Shown in pieces: positions 54,158 through 61,247 of a DNA stretch of 64,000 nt (position 1 is its first letter; each line of letters starts with the position of its first letter). The notes beneath the pieces were generated by a model. That model searched no databases. It was given only the letters and a program-made list of their open reading frames with translations, and was not told the DNA's origin. Origin of the DNA: Candidatus Saccharimonadales bacterium (lineage in GTDB: Bacteria > Patescibacteriota > Saccharimonadia > Saccharimonadales > DATKHC01); NCBI GenBank assembly GCA_035510465.1, contig DATKHC010000004.1, forward strand, positions 6,481 through 70,480. Reading direction: 5' to 3'. The position numbers and the translations under genes are program-made.

Positions 54158-55138
54158 TTAGGTATTGATTTCAGAATCAAGTATCCGAGAAAGTGCGGAC
54201 ATACTGTTAAATTCGTAGAATGCCAGATATGCCAGTGCTAGTTCTTTAGCACTAACTTTACGTAGACTAAACCCCCTACCGATGGAACTGATTAATATGG
54301 CATTTGCAAGCATACGTCCTGTACGCTTATTACCGTCTTCGAATAATTGCAGGTATGGAATCAGAGTAAGGACAAATAGACTTCTTGTAACTGGGTTAAG
54401 AGGTTTGTTTATTATATCTAGTACTACATCAGCGTATTCTCGAAGTTGATGAGGGTTTGCAAGCGGTACATAATTGCTAGCGCTAATTTTGACTAGTTTT
54501 TTTCGCAAGCCCTTTTCAATACCTAAGTTAAACGCGATCAGCTTGTGTAACTCTTCAACGGTAGAAAATCTAATCTTATTGTTAAACAATTCTGGGTTTT
54601 CTATTATGAACTTAATAACTTCTTTGTGATTAAGAATCATTTGCGTTTCAAATTCAGTTCGGTTCTTTGCCTTTATGCCCTCAGTAAGTAATAATTGCGT
54701 ATCTAGCAGGGTATATGTATTACCTTCAAGGGCAGAGGATTTCCACGATAGCTCTATAGTTAAATATTCTAGCTCTTTTGCAGTCATTCGCTTCTTTGAA
54801 GCAAGATTGTTTGGGGTAGCAATAATCTTGTCTAGATCATTTTGCTTACTGTTGAGCCAATTTACTAGCCCGTGATTGAAGCGTGTTTCTGGTCGATTCT
54901 CATCTTCAAGCAACCTGGTTGGTATTTCGGTGACGAGTAACTTGTCATATGAGACCGAGTATGAAGGGTTGTTCCTAGGTCCACTCCTATTCACTATCCT
55001 TAGCTCTACTAGCCTTGTTAGGGCACGTTGAATGGAACGGATATCAACACCTGGCATTAACTTGCTTATTCCTGATCCTTTTTTACCTCCAACAAGCAGA
55101 TAAAGGAGTACATAAGAAGTGCTTTTGTTTAGTCTCAT
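54158..55138 (-). CDS. Fic/Doc-family protein with N-terminal wHTH and non-canonical motif
   Basis: QLFEDGNKRTGR in place of HxFx(D/E)GNGRxxR. Confidence 0.65.
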   Translation of the reverse strand: MRLNKSTSYVLLYLLVGGKKGSGISKLMPGVDIRSIQRALTRLVELRIVNRSGPRNNPSYSVSYDKLLVTEIPTRLLEDENRPETRFNHGLVNWLNSKQNDLDKIIATPNNLASKKRMTAKELEYLTIELSWKSSALEGNTYTLLDTQLLLTEGIKAKNRTEFETQMILNHKEVIKFIIENPELFNNKIRFSTVEELHKLIAFNLGIEKGLRKKLVKISASNYVPLANPHQLREYADVVLDIINKPLNPVTRSLFVLTLIPYLQLFEDGNKRTGRMLANAILISSIGRGFSLRKVSAKELALAYLAFYEFNSMSALSRILDSEINT

Positions 55139-55203
55139 ACGACAATATTAGCACAATAAACTAAATTTTACTATGTTTTTGTCGTATGAAACGAAAACGC
55201 TTA

Positions 55204-55232
55204 TGGCTAGGAATCGAGGTTGAGTTCCGTAC
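55204..55232 (-). repeat. 29-nt cassette repeat
   Basis: TGGCTAGGAATCGAGGTTGAGTTCCGTAC; 1 nt from the stop at 55234. Confidence 0.9.
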
Positions 55233-55233
55233 C

Positions 55234-55494
55234 TTAAAATAAGTCGTCCGAACCTTCAAAATATCCCGTAATGCCTAAATTAGATCGTATCTCTGCCATA
55301 TCAGGATCTGTTTGTTCTGGCCCAACTTTCATAAGTGCATCCATAGGACACATTGTTACCTCGAGAAGGCTAGCTCCGCCAGCACCAATTATGCATTCGG
55401 CCATGCCTTGGCGCAGTCGTTTATTGATATCAGAAGCCTCATCGCCAAACCTATCACATTTTCCCGAAAAACACGGAGGTAAATACTCACTCAT
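55234..55494 (-). CDS. hypothetical small acidic protein
   Basis: ORF track. Confidence 0.4.
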   Translation of the reverse strand: MSEYLPPCFSGKCDRFGDEASDINKRLRQGMAECIIGAGGASLLEVTMCPMDALMKVGPEQTDPDMAEIRSNLGITGYFEGSDDLF

Positions 55495-55541
55495 AAATTA
55501 TACTGTAACATATAGTTACTAATCACGCAATGTTCTGAGGC

Positions 55542-55567
55542 GGCGACTATCCCCTCAAAGCAAGTAA
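55542..55567 (-). repeat. module B repeat (reverse orientation)
   Basis: GGCGACTATCCCCTCAAAGCAAGTAA, followed by TCTAGTTCGAATCC at 55576-55589. Confidence 0.6.
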
Positions 55568-55615
55568 CGTATGTTTCTAGTTCGAATCCTTCAAGCCCTT
55601 CTACAACAAAGTCGT

Positions 55616-55912
55616 CTAAGCAACCCCGTCAGTGTATTGTTTCAATATCTCTTGACCAACTAAACCACGAGCGCAATCAATCCTTAAAGCTAAAGTGTCA
55701 AGCGCGATAGCACTATCCCAATCTGGATGGAGCTCGCCTTGATGAACTGCAAGATCGTGAAAGAAGCTAAGCACCTCAGGTTTTACCCTGATTCCAGCCT
55801 CAGCCCTTTCAGCAACTCGTTCAATATCCTCATGGCCATATAAAAGAGTTGCTGTATTGTATGCTAAATGACTAAAATCTCCCGTTTCTCCGCAAGGTCC
55901 TGGTATAGACAT
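55616..55912 (-). CDS. hypothetical protein
   Basis: Start moved to MSIPGP (ATG 55912), preceded by AAGGAG. Confidence 0.45.
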   Translation of the reverse strand: MSIPGPCGETGDFSHLAYNTATLLYGHEDIERVAERAEAGIRVKPEVLSFFHDLAVHQGELHPDWDSAIALDTLALRIDCARGLVGQEILKQYTDGVA

Positions 55913-55946
55913 GTGTACTCCTTTCTTAAAAAAGTATAAATTCTTA

Positions 55947-56345
55947 TTATCTGGGATTAATTTCAAAAGGGCTATCAGCAAAGGCTATTAGCATGTGCTC
56001 AGCTGTATCGGTGTCCCGAATTATGTACATGTCTGGCTCTTCGCCAAAGTGCCTGCTCCAACCACCATCGATTGATAGGTCAACAACTAAATGTATACCT
56101 TCAAAAGATCCATCACTTACTCTGTGTTGGGCGCATAGAGTTTGTGTTTCTCGGCCAGGAAGTGCAACACAACCTTTTGGTACTTCGTATATCCCTACGG
56201 CGCCATCTCCGTCTCCGTGAGAACATGTAAAATCTTGGTGGGGGTCTGTTCTTACCAGGTCTATTAGTCTCTGAGTCTCAGTATAGTATTCTCCCTCAAC
56301 GCTTGGTTCCTTGTCACCTGATACTGCCATATTTTGATTATACAT
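55947..56345 (-). CDS. hypothetical acidic protein
   Basis: ORF track. Confidence 0.4.
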   Translation of the reverse strand: MYNQNMAVSGDKEPSVEGEYYTETQRLIDLVRTDPHQDFTCSHGDGDGAVGIYEVPKGCVALPGRETQTLCAQHRVSDGSFEGIHLVVDLSIDGGWSRHFGEEPDMYIIRDTDTAEHMLIAFADSPFEINPR

Positions 56346-56370
56346 AAGAAAATCTGAGAAATGTTAAATT

Positions 56371-56399
56371 GTACGGAATTCAACTTCGAGTCCCACCCA
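56371..56399 (+). repeat. 29-nt cassette repeat, lone + copy inside the - array
   Basis: GTACGGAATTCAACTTCGAGTCCCACCCA. Confidence 0.75.
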
Positions 56400-56405
56400 A
56401 AATGG

Positions 56406-56431
56406 TTACTTGCTGTGAGGGGATAGTCGCC
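56406..56431 (+). repeat. module B repeat
   Basis: TTACTTGCTGTGAGGGGATAGTCGCC. Confidence 0.6.
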
Positions 56432-56445
56432 TCTGAGGCCGTAAA

Positions 56446-56490
56446 GGATTCGAACTGAGGTAGACATAAATGTTCTCAGAGGTGAAACAT
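56446..56490 (-). repeat. type-b linker module (reverse)
   Basis: GGATTCGAACTGAGG..CTCAGAGGTGAAACAT. Confidence 0.6.
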
Positions 56491-56519
56491 TGGCTAGGAA
56501 TCGAGGTTGAGTTCCGTAC
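56491..56519 (-). repeat. 29-nt cassette repeat
   Basis: TGGCTAGGAATCGAGGTTGAGTTCCGTAC. Confidence 0.9.
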
Positions 56520-56522
56520 CGT

Positions 56523-56762
56523 TTAGGCCGCTTCTAGTCGTGTAATTCTATGTTCGTGATCTTTTAGATGCCTACTAACGTCAGTAACTGCCGCTTTGAT
56601 AACCTTAATGTCAGACTTTACTTCTTTCATATCCTCTTCAAGAAGGTCGACTTTCTTAGAAATCTTTGGGACATCATGAACGGACTCTCTAATAGCTTTT
56701 AGCTCATCAGCTAAAACTTCTCCTAATACTTCTTTTCGTTCGTTGTCACTGAGACTTTGCAT
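56523..56762 (-). CDS. small coiled-coil protein
   Basis: Heptad-like, Glu/Lys-rich, 79 aa. Confidence 0.4.
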   Translation of the reverse strand: MQSLSDNERKEVLGEVLADELKAIRESVHDVPKISKKVDLLEEDMKEVKSDIKVIKAAVTDVSRHLKDHEHRITRLEAA

Positions 56763-56816
56763 ACATCTATTGTATCAAAAATAATTCATAGACCTCACAT
56801 GGTCTCAAAACGCATT

Positions 56817-56845
56817 TGGCTGGGAATCGAGGTTGAGTTCCGTGC
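56817..56845 (-). repeat. 29-nt cassette repeat
   Basis: TGGCTGGGAATCGAGGTTGAGTTCCGTGC. Confidence 0.85.
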
Positions 56846-56854
56846 GGCCGAAAC

Positions 56855-57700
56855 CTACAGCGAAACAACTCTGGACCAGCTGTCGTCTGTCGCTAAGGCG
56901 TAAGCACTTGCAGCCATTTCGCCTTCACTATACTTTGGGGCAGGTACGTCTATGCCTGCAGCCTCTAGCGACAACGCATCCTTCTTTGCAGCTCTATAGA
57001 CAGTTGTTGAAGCAAGCGCAACGCCAGCGAGCATTACCCCAGCGCTAGAAGCCGGAAGAGCTACACCATCGCCAAGTGTTTCAATTGCAGTTATGAACCC
57101 AACGGAAGCTGCGGTAATACCCCCTAAGGCACCTCCCATATATAGAACGGCTTTATTGCGCAGTCTCCGAATTGAGTCCTGGCGGTCTCGATTAAGCCTA
57201 TTAGCTAATAACATTCCTGTTGCATGGTGGAGCTCGTGAGCTAAAACATTTGATAGAGTCGGAGGGTTATCAGAATTAAAAATCCCAAGATGATCATCAA
57301 CGTTATTTAAGTCCGATGATAAATTTAGTACCGTTAGTACTTCCTGTCCTAAGGATTGGCGCAGTACCCACTTAGCTGAAGGATACTCAGCTGAATTTAG
57401 CGGAGAGAATAGCCAGCGAGCTAGGTTAGTTCCCGCATATATCATGCGTCCTGAACGGTGATGCAAACCAGTTACGTCTATAGTAAAACCACCAATGTCT
57501 TTGTGCAAGGTGTCCGTTACATAAATAATATTGTGATCCCAATCAGACTGTGTTAATTCAGGGAAATCCATTTGCAGGTTCTCTCCCAAAGCGTCAGTAT
57601 CAATAACGGCCGATCTGTTAGCTTCACCTAGACTGGAGTTCACATAAATCTTGGGACCAAATGCAGGGTCTAAATCTTGTTGACCAGCAGAAATTAACAT
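56855..57700 (-). CDS. HExxH putative zinc metallopeptidase with Gly/Ala-rich hydrophobic C-terminus
   Basis: LAHELHHATG. Start moved to MLISAGQQ (ATG 57700), preceded by GGAG. Confidence 0.5.
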   Translation of the reverse strand: MLISAGQQDLDPAFGPKIYVNSSLGEANRSAVIDTDALGENLQMDFPELTQSDWDHNIIYVTDTLHKDIGGFTIDVTGLHHRSGRMIYAGTNLARWLFSPLNSAEYPSAKWVLRQSLGQEVLTVLNLSSDLNNVDDHLGIFNSDNPPTLSNVLAHELHHATGMLLANRLNRDRQDSIRRLRNKAVLYMGGALGGITAASVGFITAIETLGDGVALPASSAGVMLAGVALASTTVYRAAKKDALSLEAAGIDVPAPKYSEGEMAASAYALATDDSWSRVVSL

Positions 57701-57757
57701 GTACTTACTCCAGCATATTGATTCGCTAAAGGCAAGCACGACCAGATTGAGGCAAAC

Positions 57758-57803
57758 GGGATTCGAACTGGGGTGGCCTTAAACTTTGTCAGAGGTGAAA
57801 TAT
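57758..57803 (-). repeat. type-b linker module (reverse)
   Basis: GGGATTCGAACTGGGG..GTCAGAGGTGAAATAT. Confidence 0.6.
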
Positions 57804-57832
57804 TGGCTGGGAATCGAGGTTGAGTTCCGTAC
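57804..57832 (-). repeat. 29-nt cassette repeat
   Basis: TGGCTGGGAATCGAGGTTGAGTTCCGTAC. Confidence 0.9.
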
Positions 57833-57882
57833 GCACACAAACTATTTGTAATCAGGTCACTAAAGTGATATAAAAAAGGATT

Positions 57883-58593
57883 ATGACCGTTGGAGATCCG
57901 TCGGATAAATATCCAGTACGATTAAACCCTGTTGAAGTATTTTCTTCAGAGATAGGCATGCGCCAAGAACAGCTAGTTTACTTAGCTGGTGCTCTTGAAG
58001 AAGGTATGGAATTAATAGGCGATATAAATGTAGTAAATGAACTGCTCGCCGCCTCATCGAGACCCGACCTTGTAATGAGCGAACCAGTTGAGCAGATGCC
58101 CTTAAATAGCCTTAGGGATATAAACCATGTTAATAATTTCATCCCAAGCTGGACAGCCTTTGGAGTAAGAGTATTCCGAGATGAGGTTACAAGTTACGAT
58201 TGGGAAAAGGAGCAGAAGATTGAGCCAGTATATAAAGGCAGACGCCCTTTTACTGATGAAGAGAGGGCTAGAGTATTTCTACTCTCAGCTAGAGGGGGCT
58301 ATGAAGGAACAAAAGACTTTGCGGCGCAGCAAGGTTTTGATAATGACTTTGTTCGAGATATGATCCTGCAGACACATATTGATGGAGAAGCTTTCTTGCG
58401 TATGTGGATACTAATGCCAGAGCTAACCGAAAGACTTATGAGTTGGTGTCTAGATGAGGTGGACAATAGATATAGAGACATTGACGAAGAGATATTCGTA
58501 GCTTACTCAATAATGTCTAGGTTGGTAGATAGAAACGATCACGGCGCACTTAAAGATGACGGCACGATAGACACTTGGCTGCTGTGTCATTAG
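57883..58593 (+). CDS. hypothetical protein
   Basis: ORF track. Its stop is followed by GTACGGG (the 5' end of a + copy), then the - copy. Confidence 0.45.
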   Translation: MTVGDPSDKYPVRLNPVEVFSSEIGMRQEQLVYLAGALEEGMELIGDINVVNELLAASSRPDLVMSEPVEQMPLNSLRDINHVNNFIPSWTAFGVRVFRDEVTSYDWEKEQKIEPVYKGRRPFTDEERARVFLLSARGGYEGTKDFAAQQGFDNDFVRDMILQTHIDGEAFLRMWILMPELTERLMSWCLDEVDNRYRDIDEEIFVAYSIMSRLVDRNDHGALKDDGTIDTWLLCH

Positions 58594-58618
58594 AGTACGG
58601 GCTAAAACTGCTTATGCT

Positions 58619-58647
58619 TGGCTGGGAATCGAGGTTGAGTTCCGTAC
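58619..58647 (-). repeat. 29-nt cassette repeat
   Basis: GCTTATGCT + TGGCTGGGAATCGAGGTTGAGTTCCGTAC. Confidence 0.9.
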
Positions 58648-58656
58648 TGAACTCGA

Positions 58657-59160
58657 TTAGTTGATTCCCTTGGATGCAATGTAAGCCAAAACATCAAAAT
58701 CGGGACTATGTAGCTCGAGTAAGTCTAGATCGTCTCTCGGGAATACGCGCATTTTTTCGCCCTCTTTCTCGCTCAGAGATTGTTTAAGTACCTTATATTT
58801 TTCAGGACTTAGTACGAAATCGACGTCGCCAACCTGTGATCGCCATGGGTCTGGCTTCCTAATATATAGGTATGTGTAGGTAGCGCTTGGTATATCGTCT
58901 TGAACAGGTATTACTAAAGGCTCTTTTAGTCTGTAGTATTTCCCGTTAAAGCTATCTTCTTTGTTTGTTAGCTTATCTAGTAGACTATCGAGGTACTTAT
59001 ATTCATTATCATAATGACAAAAGATTACTAACGTACCTCTGTTAGGTAGATATTCTCCGTATGCTCCTTTACATAACTTTTGAGTAGAGCTATGGATGTA
59101 TTCAAAAGCCTTAAATAGTTGTTCTTCGCTTTCAATTGGGCTGAATCTATATAACTTCAT
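58657..59160 (-). CDS. hypothetical protein
   Basis: ORF track. Confidence 0.45.
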   Translation of the reverse strand: MKLYRFSPIESEEQLFKAFEYIHSSTQKLCKGAYGEYLPNRGTLVIFCHYDNEYKYLDSLLDKLTNKEDSFNGKYYRLKEPLVIPVQDDIPSATYTYLYIRKPDPWRSQVGDVDFVLSPEKYKVLKQSLSEKEGEKMRVFPRDDLDLLELHSPDFDVLAYIASKGIN

Positions 59161-59193
59161 AAGACTATAATATCAGACCAAAATGCTTATGCT

Positions 59194-59222
59194 TGGCTGG
59201 GAATCGAGGTTGAGCTCCGTAC
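59194..59222 (-). repeat. 29-nt cassette repeat
   Basis: TGGCTGGGAATCGAGGTTGAGCTCCGTAC. Confidence 0.9.
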
Positions 59223-59249
59223 CGTTGGATATTTGCAGTGACTGAATAT

Positions 59250-59480
59250 CTACTCCTCTGTATGATCAGTTACTTGCCTAAGTCTACGTTCTTCGATAGC
59301 TAGGGTTGCAGCTTCGTGGAATCTTCTCAAGGCGCGACCTTCATTCCACTCATATGGTCCATCAGGAGGACTAAAATAATCCTCGAGAGCATTAACAAGA
59401 GAAGGATCAATAGGTGGATCTACTGAATCTCTCTTTTCCTTTGCACCTTGTAGGTCTATTACATTGTCTTGCTCAGTCAT
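59250..59480 (-). CDS. hypothetical small acidic protein
   Basis: ORF track. Confidence 0.4.
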   Translation of the reverse strand: MTEQDNVIDLQGAKEKRDSVDPPIDPSLVNALEDYFSPPDGPYEWNEGRALRRFHEAATLAIEERRLRQVTDHTEE

Positions 59481-59528
59481 AGTAACTAATTATAGATCTA
59501 TTTGTATGACATAAAAGCGTAACCATTT

Positions 59529-59556
59529 TGGCTAGGATCGAGGTTGAGTTCCGTAC
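59529..59556 (-). repeat. cassette repeat with 1-nt deletion
   Basis: TGGCTAGGATCGAGGTTGAGTTCCGTAC. Confidence 0.8.
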
Positions 59557-59580
59557 CTCTTGATGGTATAAAATAAGTCT

Positions 59581-59877
59581 ATGGAAAGACTTGTTGATAA
59601 TGGCTTAACTCCCAAGTTTCAACGCTTAAGACAAGTAGGGGATATATTAAGTACTGGATGGACGGGCTTTCTTATGGGTGAATTACCTCCAACAATAGCA
59701 GTAGAACTTCAAGCTATCGAAGATAGAGGGTTTGATCCAGAAACTATCCAAGCTCATCTTGATAGACTTCAGACACAAGGGGATCAAGGACTACGAACAG
59801 CCGCTATGTTAAGGGGCGCGTTTAACGATCTATTGGGACAAATTGAACACCCAGGCACAGAACCCGGTGAGTTATAA
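59581..59877 (+). CDS. hypothetical small protein
   Basis: ORF track. Confidence 0.4.
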   Translation: MERLVDNGLTPKFQRLRQVGDILSTGWTGFLMGELPPTIAVELQAIEDRGFDPETIQAHLDRLQTQGDQGLRTAAMLRGAFNDLLGQIEHPGTEPGEL

Positions 59878-59952
59878 AAGTTTTCTCTACCTGACAGGGA
59901 CTTGACTGGTCTATCGTTTAGGAAAATTGCTGAATTACAAAAAGCTTATGCT

Positions 59953-59981
59953 TGGCTGGGAATTGAGGTTGAATTCCGTAC
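59953..59981 (-). repeat. 29-nt cassette repeat
   Basis: TGGCTGGGAATTGAGGTTGAATTCCGTAC. Confidence 0.85.
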
Positions 59982-60030
59982 GGTTTAACTATCTGGCAAA
60001 ATCTATCAAATATGTTACGGTATATAGATT

Positions 60031-60612
60031 ATGGCGAGTTTAAGACCTACTCTATGCTTTGAATCAGTTGGCGTGCTTGATATAGAGGTTTTACAGCAAG
60101 AAATACCTGGCCTCGAAGGCGTAGTTTACGATCTGGATAAAACATTAACCCATCAACATGGTGAGGGAATGCCAAATGCTCATTTAGACGTAATTGGGGC
60201 GATAAATGAACTTGGGCTTGTTCAAGGAATCATAAGTAATGCTGCTAGTGAAGAACGAGAAGAAAGAGTAAGAGTATTTGCTAAAGGTATAGGAGCTCAT
60301 ATAGGGGCAGAAGTTGAAGTGGTTACATCACGTATGGTTGGCGGTAAGAAGAAACCCCTAAGACCTGTTTTCGATAAGATGTCGGAATTATTGGATATCC
60401 CGAATGAACATCTTTGTTATATTGGAGACCAACTTCTAAAAGATGTTCTAGGTGCAAACAGGGCTGGATACGGTGGCAGTGTTCTGGTGGCTCCTTATGG
60501 CGAGGGTGATGACCCACGAGTAAGATTCTTGCAGCGTCCTGTCGAAGCGGTTATACGTCCTTTTATAGGACTGCCTTTTCTGGCAGACAATTTCTGGAAA
60601 ATAGAACACTAA
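60031..60612 (+). CDS. HAD-superfamily phosphatase (YqeG/IIIA-like)
   Basis: VVYDLDKTLT (DxD motif) and IGDQLLKDV. Confidence 0.6.
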   Translation: MASLRPTLCFESVGVLDIEVLQQEIPGLEGVVYDLDKTLTHQHGEGMPNAHLDVIGAINELGLVQGIISNAASEEREERVRVFAKGIGAHIGAEVEVVTSRMVGGKKKPLRPVFDKMSELLDIPNEHLCYIGDQLLKDVLGANRAGYGGSVLVAPYGEGDDPRVRFLQRPVEAVIRPFIGLPFLADNFWKIEH

Positions 60613-60624
60613 AAAGCTTATGCT

Positions 60625-60653
60625 TGGCTGGGAATTGAGGTTGAGTTCCGTAC
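60625..60653 (-). repeat. 29-nt cassette repeat
   Basis: TGGCTGGGAATTGAGGTTGAGTTCCGTAC. Confidence 0.9.
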
Positions 60654-60696
60654 CATAATTGACTGATTGCCTAATGGATAGTATAAATATGATTAT

Positions 60697-60984
60697 ATGG
60701 AACAGGAGCCTGTTATAGAAAGTGTTGGTGATACATCTGATAACTTTGTAAATTGTATTTTAGTAAGGATGGTTGAAAACAGAGTTCAAGGTTCTGATCC
60801 TTCTATCCATGAAGGCTTGGTAAGTGAGATGATAGATAAGCGTGGCAAATTAGGCATGTTACTCTGTGATTATATTGACTGTAATGTGTCATGCGTTGTT
60901 CGAGATGAGGGTAGTACTGTTCGGCCTGTAGATACACACGGAAATTGTTTGAGAGATATTGTAAGGCTTAGAACTGCAGAATAA
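60697..60984 (+). CDS. hypothetical small protein
   Basis: ORF track. Confidence 0.4.
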   Translation: MEQEPVIESVGDTSDNFVNCILVRMVENRVQGSDPSIHEGLVSEMIDKRGKLGMLLCDYIDCNVSCVVRDEGSTVRPVDTHGNCLRDIVRLRTAE

Positions 60985-61016
60985 TATTTCTGGATTAGCT
61001 TTAAGACGCTTATGCT

Positions 61017-61096
61017 TGGCTGGGTTGCTAGGATTCGAACCTGGGACCGAGTACAACTTGCTACGGAAGGTGATCGCCCTCTTTATTAATATCCCA
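61017..61096 (-). pseudogene. tRNA-like remnant that shares both ends of the 29-nt repeat
   Basis: Minus strand reads ..CCGTAGCAAGTTGTACTCGGTCCCAGGTTCGAATCCTAGCAACCCAGCCA, followed by AGCATAAGCG. It has a canonical T loop and a GCCA end. The acceptor pairs only 5/7, there is no D arm, and the anticodon-like loop CCGTAGC lacks U33. Confidence 0.5.
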
Positions 61097-61247
61097 ATAA
61101 GCATTACTATAACTAATTAGTAGGTACGCGAGATAATAGGGCTCTATTTCCATGGAGAGTAAGATAAAAAAGCATCGGAAGTTATTTAATCTAAATTTGT
61201 CTCAATTCAGATTTAGTATTTTTGTCGGGGTGAGGGCGTAGACAACT

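Noticed and set aside
5641-61096. CRISPR array interpretation of the 29-nt repeats
   Set aside because: The intervals are 330-1550 bp and contain complete genes with their own promoters. Repeat copies vary at several positions. No cas genes are present.
5641-61096. Classical integron (IntI + attI + attC cassettes)
   Set aside because: No tyrosine recombinase is in the window. The repeat is much shorter than attC and lacks the paired R''/L'' and L'/R' inverted cores; ACTCAAC fits RYYYAAC, but I find no matching GTTRRRY partner at cassette ends. Several cassettes carry their own promoters. I kept it as integron-like only by analogy.
61017-61096. Functional tRNA-Tyr (GUA)
   Set aside because: The acceptor stem pairs only 5/7, there is no D arm, the loop has C instead of U33, and there is no long variable arm as expected for bacterial tRNA-Tyr.
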